This document shows positions 54,470-64,000 of a stretch of 64,000 nt of DNA, in pieces. The position numbers were made by a program, and so were the translations under genes. Source of the stretch: Eledone cirrhosa (lineage: Eukaryota); assembly GCA_964016885.1 (NCBI GenBank), contig OZ024743.1, positions 67,642,001 to 67,706,000 of the forward strand, read 5' to 3'. How positions within the stretch are numbered: position 1 is the stretch's first letter; every line of letters begins with the position of its first letter. A model generated the notes under the pieces. The model saw nothing but the letters and a program-made list of their open reading frames with translations. It had not been told where the DNA came from and did not search any database.

Positions 54470-54668
54470 TGATAGTTGGTAGTGCGTCAGACACCATGCT
54501 TCGCGGCATAGTTACGGCCCTTTAAGTGCTTATTTGAAATCTACCGAGGTTAGCTTTACCTTTCATCATTATGGGTTCGATAAAATAAAATACCAGTAAC
54601 ACTGGCGTCGTTTTACTTGACTTACCCCTCCCTTAAGATAGATGGCCTTGTGCCTATATAAGAAACCA
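54470..54668 (+). mobile_element. Degenerate tRNA-derived SINE
   Basis: Core CTTTCATCATTATGGGTTCGATAAAATAAAATACCAG and tail GGCCTTGTGCCTATATAAGAAAC. Confidence 0.75.
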
Positions 54669-54716
54669 TTATGACTGTAGATATTAGTATTGTTGCTGTT
54701 GTCTTGTTATACTGCA

Positions 54717-54808
54717 TTTGCCTTTCATCCTTACGGGGTCGATAAAATAGAGTACCAGTAATACACTGGGATAATTGCTGGCCTTGTGCCAAAGTTAGAA
54801 ACAATTAT
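54717..54808 (+). mobile_element. Partial tRNA-derived SINE
   Basis: TTTGCCTTTCATCCTTACGGGGTCGATAAAATAGAGTACCAG..GGCCTTGTGCCAAAGTTAGAAAC. Confidence 0.82.
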
Positions 54809-54900
54809 TTCTTTAGATTGTTGTAGTTTTATTTGTTGTGGTGGTCATGGTATTATGAATATTGACGGTATCTATCTATCTATATATCTATCTATCTATA

Positions 54901-57900
54901 TTTTAACTTTTCAGAACCAACATGGCCAATATAAAAGTTGGATGTGTGAATGTACGCGGCCTGGGGATGCCCTGGAAACAGAGCAAACTCTTAAATGACA
55001 TCAGGTCGCACAGTATGGATGTAGTAGCCATTTGCGAGTCCAGGATCCACAGCGAGCGACAGCTGCCCCCATCTTCGATAACTTTGAGATCTACGCATCT
55101 CTCTGTCAGCCGGGGTGGGGGTGGGGGCGGGGTTGCCGTTTTGCTGCGGAAACACCTGGGCCTCGTAACACAGACGGTACATCTGGACCCGGAGGGTCGA
55201 CTGGTGGTCCAAGTCGTTGACGGTATTGAAGGTGGAGCCTTCAGGCTGGTAGCCGGATATGCCCCGTCCGGGACACCGCGGCCAGACTTCTTCAAACGTA
55301 TAGAAACTTTTCTGGGAACGTCCCACTTCTTGCTTTTGGTGGAGGACTGGAATGGAATCCTACATGCACGTTGGGATTATGTCGGAGCATGTCCCGATAA
55401 AGGAGGGTGTAACAGCCTCAAACCATTAATCGGCCGATTTGACCTGGCCGATAGATATCGACTAGATTTTCCGGCTGGGCCACTGTGGACGTGGACTAAT
55501 TTTAGCGGAACAACTAGATCGTACCTAGATAGGGTTCTAGTTAGAAATAAGGATAGGGACATGTTAAGCTGTCCACATATGTTCATGGTTGCCTATTCAA
55601 ATCTCAAACTAGTGACCTGCATGGTCAACCTTGATAGAACCCATAGATAAGGACGCGGCTACTGGAATCTGAACTTGTTGTTACCACCATGCAAAGCCTA
55701 CAGTTGACGGATTAGCACTTTAGTTAAATAGCTCTTGACAGGGGCCATTGTCAACAACATATGGTGGTACTCTCTCAAGAGGGCAGTTAGATTAGACTCG
55801 TTTGTCTTTAGTAAAGAATTAGCGTTAGATAGAAATATGACCGAGAAGGAACTGGTAGATAAAGTAGAAGAGGCAATTAGAAGTGGCAACGTAGCCAGCG
55901 TGCTAGCAACGAGAACGGCTTTGGACCAGTTCTTCGACACAAAGCACGAGGGCTGCGTTGTCAGAAGCAAAATACGTGCTCTGGGAAACGAAGGAGCCAA
56001 AGTTGTAAGCTGGGCGCGAGTGACGGAGGCAAAAAGTGGCAACAGTTCACGATACGATCTTTGACGGACCAAGACGGACGCGTCATATGTGAGTCGAAGC
56101 AGATCTGTGCGGCCTTTCAGTGGCACTTTGCTCAACTCTTCGGGCAGGGCGGCGCCCCGGGAGGGGCTATGGTTTTCGGTCCATACCTCGACGGCCTACC
56201 ACGACCCTCGGACAGCGAGGAGAAGTTCTGCGAAAAGGCCGATTTCAGCCGCTGAGATATGAGACGCGCTGAGCCAATGCAGCAAACGCAAATCTCCAGG
56301 TTTCGACGGGCTAACCTAAGAATTTTACGCAATGACGGTCTTATTCTCCGGTCTCCTGGAAGCGGTCTACTGCAACTGGCAGCAGAACGGGAGCGTAGTC
56401 ACACTAGACAGGAAGGACGAGAATAAGGGGGATGAGATAGGCAACCTCCGACCCATAACTCTTCTAAACACAGAGTTACAGATTTGGGCCAAGGTGTTGG
56501 CAAAGAGGCTGGCGCTTGTTGTCGAGAACATGGTGAGAGAAGCGCAGACATGCGCAATCCCGACCAGCTCCATACTCGACAACCTCCACCTCATGCGATA
56601 CATCATAGAGAGGGTAGAGTGTAAACCCGGCTTCGGTGGGGCCCTGTTCAACTTGGATCAGTCTAAGGCTTTCGATAGGTTTGACCATCGTTACTTGGAT
56701 GCGGTGCTCGAGGCGGCAGGCTTCGGACCCGTGTTCAGGGGCTGAATTGCTGCAATGCACAACAACAAAATCTGCTCAAGGGTCAAGGTGAACGGCTACC
56801 TCTCGGAGGCGTTCTATATCACGCGATCCATTCGACAGGGATGCCCTCTATCCTTCCTTCTGTACGTACTGACTCTTGAGCCACTACTACGGAAGTTGGA
56901 GCTATTGAGAGCATCCCTCTGGAACCGGGACTGCGGAAAGCGGCGTCGGCCTACGCCGACGACGTTTTAAGGAATGATGTCGAGCGCCTCGCAAATGGAG
57001 GAAGTCGGCATCTTACTAAAGGAATACGAAAGGTTCACAGGAGCGAAGCTGAACCGGGCAAGTCCATCGGTTTGCAACTCGGATCGTGGAGAGGCAAACC
57101 GAGGCCTTCCGATGGCATCTCTACGTATTCCTCACCGGACAACCGATGTGGGCCCCGTTCGTGAGGCGAGCCTTCCCACCACTCGTCTCGCTGACGGAGC
57201 TGCAGTTTTTTCAAGCAAAGACCGAGGAATATGGGCACTCGCACATTGAATGTGCTCAGGCGCTCACAGCCCTCTGGCAGTGGGACCCTGGCGATCAGTG
57301 GAGATTCCACTTCGTCATTCTATAGAGGGTTGATCCGCAGCAAGTGTGACGAAACGCTCGGTGAAACTCTGGGCGAGAGGAAGATGAACTGGCCAGTCAG
57401 CTCGGTAGGACCTTCCGCCCGGGAGCGATGGACAACTTCCAAAAGTCCCTGACCTGGCAGTGCTACCGAGGAGCTCTACCAGTTCGAGACAAGCTCTACA
57501 AACATGGGCGCCCGGACAGGGACCCTTCGAAAAAGATCTGTCCGAGGTGCGTGTAGAACGACTATTGTCGCGGGTTGGACCAATCTGGTTGACTACCGAG
57601 TCCATTGTCATGATCAAACCGCCACCCTCCTTCAAAAACGAGGAGAGGCAGGTTTCTTTTGTGTGATAGCTATGGCGAAAGAGGTTGTATGGTGGACAAG
57701 GTTGAAAGGGCTGAGGTCAGACACCTTTCTCTCCGGCCAACAACTGATTCTTTTTTTTCAAATACCACTTTAGAAAAAGAATCAGGATGGAGAGAGAGGT
57801 GCTGTACCCCAGCAAGTTTTATGAAAGGTGGGTGAATGTGGCGAGAATGGCCCGAGTGAATGGACCTTCTCTCTATATCAGCCTGTAGGTTGAGGAAAAA

Positions 57901-58116
57901 GAGGAGGAGAGGAAAAGGGTACAAACTCTTGGTATTCCTGGAGATGAGGGTTGCACATTTTTTTCGGGGTTATGTGTTACCCATATGTAATGTCTCCCCC
58001 TATTGGGGAAAATCGATTAACTTTTAAATTGTATTTGTGATAGTATTTTACACTTTTTTATTGTATGTAAACTTCCCCCTTTGTATTTGTCCCCTTCTGT
58101 GGCTAACAAAGAAACA
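54901..58116 (+). mobile_element. Tx1/L1-clade LINE copy C: ORF2 only, defective, 3' UTR intact
   Basis: APE domain ORF 54922..55650 (MANIKVGCVNVRGL, AICES, SYLDR); RT pieces 55735..56064, 56332..56745, 56755..56970; C-terminus to 57888; (TATC)n on both sides. Confidence 0.95.
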
Positions 58117-58260
58117 TATCTATCTATCTATCTACTCCACTCTATCTATCTATCTAACTATCTACCCTCTCTCTCTCTCTATCTATCTATCTATTTCCTA
58201 TCTACTTCACACTATCTATCTATCTATCTATCTACATATCTATCTACCTATTTACCTATC
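58117..58260. repeat. (TATC)n tract between Tx1 copies C and D
   Basis: Direct reading. Confidence 0.95.
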
Positions 58261-58468
58261 TCCGGATGGCATAGACGTACTTCACATCGGCTCCGCGAAT
58301 ATTGGAGATATTACGTGTTAACAGTAAGTGTTTGTCTGTATTCTTGCGTTATTGTGTTAATTAACCCCCTTGCCTGGGTATTCGGACATTCGGGTTAATT
58401 TATTTCACCCCTTTTGGGGTGAAATTTTTCATCCAAAAAATCTTGCAATTGTCTCTACGCTAGTGGTA

Positions 58469-60477
58469 ATGGAAGCCATTACCACAGGTAACGATGACAC
58501 GCCCACTAAACAAACTGAAGGAGAGCGGGTAGCTGAGGCAACAAGCCACCCTACTGAAAGAATAATGATTATTAGAAACATTGAAAAAATGGAACCTAAC
58601 CCTAATGAAAAAAATGTGAAAAAAATTAACTCGGAGAAATTGCCAAAATTAATGGATGACGTTTCGACTTTTCACGGCGCCACGCCCACCAGCAAAGGGG
58701 AAAGAGAAGTAGTAGCTGTGACTACAAGTCTCTCGGATAATGAAAATATAAGTGAAGATTTTGAAAAAATAGAGTCTAACCGCAAAGAAAAAAAAATGTG
58801 AACGAATACACCAACATAAATAACACAAACACAACAAAAACAACTTTCGCACAGACAACAAAAACATCTATCATATATACACCTATTGACTTAACTGCCG
58901 CCAGAGAGAAACTGGCAGAAGCAAAAAAGCACATAGTCTTGGGGGAGAACGGAATGTTTTCCATTAATCCCCCCCCCCCCCCCCCCAGAATTCAAGAAAA
59001 CAAGACTAGAAAACACTGTTCTGTTTAGAACAGTCCTAAACAACACGAGAAAGCCAGCACAGCCCAGCCAAATGGAGATAGAGTTGGTCTAATATTCTCT
59101 TCATACGAAAGCACTGACTCTATGGCAGCATTTCTGTTTTAACAAAAGACAAGGAAACAGCACAGAGGCTTTCCCTAAGCCCACTCACATCAACAACATA
59201 CAGTTTCTATCCCTCCTACATGGGTAGAAGAACTCAGAGAGTCAAAATACAGACAACGCTGCCCACAATGAACTTCTGGTGGGCTATTGCTGGCTTCATA
59301 GACATGGGCGAGGACACAGTGCTGTCAATGGGGAAGGCATCTGGAGATGCGTTCCTGGGAATGGGCCTCGACTTACTAGTCCAAATGAGGCCCGAAAGAA
59401 TAGCGCAAATCCCGGATCGCATCTGGCTGGATGACCTCACCCCAATATATATAATTGTAGAGGGGAGAAGACCAGCATGCTATTCATGCACGGAAAGAGG
59501 ACACGTTAAGGCTCACTGCCCGAATCGTATCCCCCCAAAATGACTATTGACCACACCCACCACAAACAGTACACCAACACCTCCAAAAATACACTAATAC
59601 CACACACAGCAAACAAAATACAGACACTACCAACCACAAACACAACACAAACATCACCACCACCAGCACCAAACACAAGCACGACACAAAAATCACCACC
59701 ACCATCACCGACCACAACACAAACATCACCACCACCATCACCAACCACAAGCACGACACAAACATCACCACCACCACCACAAAACACATTCCAAAAAAAT
59801 AATAAAAAAAACAGTAACAAATCTACCCCTCCCGCAAAAAAAAACAACCAGACACTACGTCCCTCCCACCTAGCGCTGAAGAGTTTCCCCCAACTTCTGA
59901 AGAAGGAGGAGAAACCTTCAGACAAGTTAAAAGGCAAAAACGAAAGCACATACCCAGCACACCACAACAACAAATAACCCACACACAAACACCAACTCCA
60001 ATCAAAAACACCCCACCCTCGACAAACAAAAATAAATCTGCGCCTCCCCCCTTCGAAACATTGACAGCATCACAAAAAAGACTTTACAATACACATATAT
60101 AAATAAAGAAAACAAAAAAACTGTTTAAATTAATAAACAATAGCCCTTTGGTGCAGACCGAAGGGCCAAACTTTATCTCAACAGAGAACTTCACCCATTT
60201 AAAAATGATAAAGGTCCCTCTGGACCTTTATCGTTCCTTAAAAGAACAATTTAAACAGGACGTGAGCCCCCCCCCCTGTTTAAAACCGTTAAATCGCGTC
60301 CTCTTGAAAGACTTCCCCATAACCTCCTTCTCCCTGACACAACTCCAAATACCCCAACCCCACCACACTCGGATACCCCCACAAAACATCCCTCCACCCA
60401 ACACACCCGACCCCATGGAAATTACGCAACCCGGAGAGGTAGGTGCTTTTCTTTCTTCACTTTCAACACCAAAATAG
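58469..60477 (+). pseudogene. Copy D ORF1 (gag-like, CCHC zinc knuckle), frameshifted
   Basis: Pieces 58370..58801, 58798..59028, 59220..59543 (VEGRRPACYSCTERGHVKAHC), 59540..59977, 60148..60477; several breaks fall at homopolymer runs. Confidence 0.82.
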
Positions 60478-63400
60478 ATCAATGGAGAGTTGGTTGTTTG
60501 AATGCGCGTGGCCTGGGTCAGCTCGGAAGCAAGCAAAGCTTCTAAGTGACCTCAGGTCACGAAGTATAGATGTGATGGTTGTTTGCGAGAGTCGGATCAG
60601 CAGCGTGCGACAGCTGGCTCCCGCCTTCGATGATTTGAGATGCACGCATCTCTCTGTCAACCCGGAGGCGGGGGTGGGGTTGCCGTACTGCTGGATAAAC
60701 GTCTGGCTCTCGACGTACAGATTGTTCACTCGGACCCGGGGGGTCGATTACTGGTGCTGGACGTCGGAGGCGGTGAAAGCGGGGCTTTCAGACTGGTCGG
60801 TCTTTATGCCCCCTTCGGGGCTGAAAGAGCCGACTTCTTCCTGCTTTTAGTGGGGGACTGGAATGGAATCCTAGATGCGCGTTGGGACTATGCAGGGGCA
60901 TGTCCCGATAGAGGGGGGGGTGTAGCAGCCTCAAGGGGTTACTCGATCGATTCGACCTGGTCGATAGATTTCGACTAGATTTTTCAACTGTGCCAACCTG
61001 GACCTGGGCAAACCGCAGTGGTCAATCTAGATCGTACCTAGATAGGTTTTTGGTTAGGAGTAAGGATAGGGACGTATTTAGTTGTCCAGAATTGCTCATG
61101 GTTGGCTATTCAGATCACAAATTAGTGACCTGCGTGGTCAACCTTGATAGAACGCATAGACAGGGTCCCGGTTACTGGAAGATGAACTTGTCCTTGCTGG
61201 CAAAGGAAGCTTACAGGAACCGGATTAGTAGCTTAGTTAAGATGCGGTTGACGGGAGCGATCGTCAACAGCAGGTGGTGGGTATCTCTAAAGAGAGATAT
61301 TAGAGTAAGTTCGATAGGTTACAGTAAGGAACTAGCAGCGAATAGAAATAGGAGGGAAAGGGAGTTGACAGATAAACTAGAAGAGGCGATTAGGAGCGGA
61401 GACGTGGCCAGAGTGTTAGCATCGAGAACGGCGTTGAGCCAGTTCCTTGACGCGAAGCACGAAGGCTGCGTTGTCCGAAGTAAAATACGTGCTTTAGGAA
61501 ACGAGGGGACCAAAGCTGTTAGCTGGGCCCGCGTGACAGAAGCCAAGAGTGGGATTAAATCCACCATTCGGTCTTTGCGAGACCAGGATGGACGGGTGAT
61601 CCTTGAACCTGAGCGGATGTGCGAGGCCTTTCAAAGGCACTTTGCTCGACTGTTCGGAGGGGGCGGGGGGCTGGACGGGGATGTGGACTTCGGTCCATAC
61701 CTCGACGGCCTACCGCGTCTTTCGAGCGGCCAAGCGGAGTGCTGCGAAAGGCCAATCACAGCCACTGAAATCGGGGAAGCGCTCAGCCAATGCAGCAGAC
61801 GCAAATCTCCGGGTCTCGATGGTCTACCATACGAACTTTATTTAGCTATGCCGGTCCTGTTCTCCGAACTCCTCGAGGCTGTCTATTGCAACTGGCAACA
61901 GAACGGGAGAATTCCCTGTTCTGTGACCAAGGGCGTAGTCACGCTAGTGAGGAAGGACGAGAGCAAGTGGGACGACTTAAGTAACTTTAGGCCCATAACT
62001 CTGCTGAATGCAGAGTTACAGATTTTGGCCAAGGTGTTAGCGAAGAGGTTGGCGCTTGTGGTGGGTGGCTTGGTGGGAGACGCGCAGACATGCGCTATCC
62101 CGTCCAGGTTCATTCACGAAAACCTCCACCTCATGCGATACATCGTAGAGAGGGTTGGGAACGAACCCGGCTTTGGTGGGGCCCTGATCAACTTGGATCA
62201 ATCTAAGGCGTTCGATAGGGTCGACCATGGTTACCTGGATGCGGTGCTAGCGGCGGCGGGCTTCGGACCCGTTTTCAGGGGCTGGATTTCTGCCATGAAC
62301 AGTGGCAACGTCTGCTCTAGGGTTAAAGTAAACGGCTACTTCTCGGAGCCGTTTCAAATCACCCGGTCCATCAGGCAGGGGTGCCCCCTCTCCTCCCTTC
62401 TGTACGTATTGCCTCTCGAGCCACTGCTGCGGAAGTTGGAGTTGCTGCGGGGCATAACCCTGGAACCGGGATTGCACAAAGTGGTCTTGGCCTATTCCGA
62501 CGACGTAACAGTAATGGTGGCGGACGCCTCGGAAATCGGGACGATCGCCACCCTACTAGAGGAATACGAATGGCTGACGGGGGCTAGGGTGAACCGGGAC
62601 AAGTCAGTCGGTTTGCAACTCGGAACGTGGAGGGGCAAACCGATGCCGTTAGACGGTGTCGTCGGAGGGTGGACGGAGGGCCCGGTGAAGCTGATCGGGG
62701 TCTGGTTCGGACCGGACCTCCAGGTGGAGAAGAATTGGGGCGAGGTGACGAGCAGGGTGTTTGCGCTGACCCAGAAGTGGGCCAAGTGCAAACTATCACT
62801 GAAAGGTCGGGCGGAGGTGGCGAACGCTTACATAGCGTCCGTCATCTACTACCCCCTGACCGTCCTGCCTTGCCCTAAGGAAACGCTCACCATCATGGAG
62901 CGCATGCTCTTCCAGTTCTTCTGGAAGAAGCGGCCTCCCATGGTGAGGAGATCCATCTGCTGCCAGCACCCTTCGAAAGGAGGGCTGGGTATGCCGTGGC
63001 TGTTGATGCGTAGGCACGCATTGAGACTACGGCATCTGCAGGTATTCCTCACCGGTCAGCCGGTGTGGGCCCCGTTTGTGAGGCGAGCCTTCCTACAGCT
63101 CGTCTCGCTCACCGAGCTGCAATCCTGGGTGAAGCAAAGACCGAGAAAACTGGGCAACTGGCACACCGAGTGTGCCCAGGCGCTCACGGCTCTCTGGCAA
63201 GCGGACCCGACTATCAGTGGAGAATCCAGCTCGACATTCTATAGAGGGCTGGTGGCTAGCAGGGGCGACGACACTCTTGGAGAGTCGCTAGGCATGGAGT
63301 AGGACGAACTGGCCAGCCTGTTCGGTAGAACTTTCGGCCCGGGACCCATGGACAACTTCCAGAGGTCTCTAGCCTGGCAGTGCTACCGGGGGGCTCTGCC

Positions 63401-63875
63401 CTTACGAGAAAAGCTCTACAGACGCGGGCGCCCGGGCAGGGATCCCGCGAAAAAGATCTGTCCCAGATGCGTGTGCGACGAGGAAACCGTTGTGCACGCA
63501 CTGGTACACTGCCAGGGCGTTGCCGATCTGTGGGGCTACGTCGAACGACTGCTGTCGCGTGTGGCACCGATTCGATTCGCCGCCGAGTCTGTGGTGAACA
63601 TCAAGCCGCCTCCTCCCTTCAGAAATGAAGCAGAGGCGGTCTTTCTGTGCGTAATAGCCATGATGAAAGAGGTTGTGTGGTGGACGCGCCCGAAAGGTCT
63701 GAGGTCGGGCGACTTTCTCTCCGGCCAACACCTGGTTTACTTCTTCCGATACCACTTCGGAAGAAGGATCAGGGTGGAGAGAGAAGTGCTTGGCCCCAGA
63801 CAGTTTTATGAAAGGTGGGGGAAAGAAGCGAGAATGTCTCGTGTAAATGGGCCTTCTCTCTATATTGTTCTGTAG
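60474..63875 (+). pseudogene. Copy D ORF2 (APE-RT-Zn); endonuclease frameshifted, one in-frame stop at 63300-63302
   Basis: Start codon apparently ATA at 60474 (IDQWRVGCLNARGL); EN pieces 60443..60850 and 60640..60978; 770-aa open stretch 60990..63302; the frame continues to 63875. Confidence 0.93.
60990..63302 (+). CDS. Longest open frame: C-terminal part of endonuclease plus reverse transcriptase of Tx1 copy D
   Basis: SYLDR, SDHK, KSPGLDGLPYE, FRPITLLN, LDQSKAFDRVDH, IRQGCPLS, AYSDDVTV. Confidence 0.85.
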   Translation: MPTWTWANRSGQSRSYLDRFLVRSKDRDVFSCPELLMVGYSDHKLVTCVVNLDRTHRQGPGYWKMNLSLLAKEAYRNRISSLVKMRLTGAIVNSRWWVSLKRDIRVSSIGYSKELAANRNRRERELTDKLEEAIRSGDVARVLASRTALSQFLDAKHEGCVVRSKIRALGNEGTKAVSWARVTEAKSGIKSTIRSLRDQDGRVILEPERMCEAFQRHFARLFGGGGGLDGDVDFGPYLDGLPRLSSGQAECCERPITATEIGEALSQCSRRKSPGLDGLPYELYLAMPVLFSELLEAVYCNWQQNGRIPCSVTKGVVTLVRKDESKWDDLSNFRPITLLNAELQILAKVLAKRLALVVGGLVGDAQTCAIPSRFIHENLHLMRYIVERVGNEPGFGGALINLDQSKAFDRVDHGYLDAVLAAAGFGPVFRGWISAMNSGNVCSRVKVNGYFSEPFQITRSIRQGCPLSSLLYVLPLEPLLRKLELLRGITLEPGLHKVVLAYSDDVTVMVADASEIGTIATLLEEYEWLTGARVNRDKSVGLQLGTWRGKPMPLDGVVGGWTEGPVKLIGVWFGPDLQVEKNWGEVTSRVFALTQKWAKCKLSLKGRAEVANAYIASVIYYPLTVLPCPKETLTIMERMLFQFFWKKRPPMVRRSICCQHPSKGGLGMPWLLMRRHALRLRHLQVFLTGQPVWAPFVRRAFLQLVSLTELQSWVKQRPRKLGNWHTECAQALTALWQADPTISGESSSTFYRGLVASRGDDTLGESLGME

Positions 63876-64000
63876 GTGAAGAAGTGAAGAGGAAAGGGGG
63901 AGCGCCTCCTCTCTGGGCTTCCCCCGCGAAAAGGGTTGCACACTTTTCGGGGGTATGTGCAATCCCCAACACGCTCCCTCCCTTTTGAGGACATTTTATT

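Larger units (their letters stand above)
58261..64000 (+). mobile_element. Tx1/L1-clade LINE copy D, near full length (5' UTR, ORF1, ORF2, start of 3' UTR)
   Basis: Begins GGATGGCATAGACGTACTTCACATCGGCTCC right after (TATC)n; ORF1 with CYSCTERGHVKAHC; ORF2 with APE, RT and CPRCVCDEETVVHALVHC. Confidence 0.96.

Overview
Eukaryotic, apparently gene-free, repeat-dense window with no recognisable host exon. The tRNA-derived SINE family and the microsatellite load resemble octopus (coleoid cephalopod) DNA; this is recognition from memory, not a search. Contents: (i) five degraded Tx1/L1-clade LINE copies plus a short fragment, three of them sitting strand-specifically in (TATC)n tracts; (ii) R4/Dong-like and RTE LINE remnants, including an RTE insertion with a 5' inversion and 7-bp TSD; (iii) about a dozen SINE copies; (iv) a ~19.3-kb tandem array of a 22-bp unit with higher-order structure; (v) many microsatellites that generate most of the spurious ORFs. 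The most notable signal is not in the ORF track: five type I hammerhead ribozyme motifs with palindromic stem III (18201-18274, 20323-20365, 20863-20905 on +; 48038-48108, 48513-48574 on -). The three + strand motifs lie in two unrelated non-coding repeat families with the same layout, an inverted partial copy followed by tandem ~540-670 bp monomers, as expected for Penelope-mobilised retrozymes. All structures were derived by eye, and boundaries are approximate unless stated.
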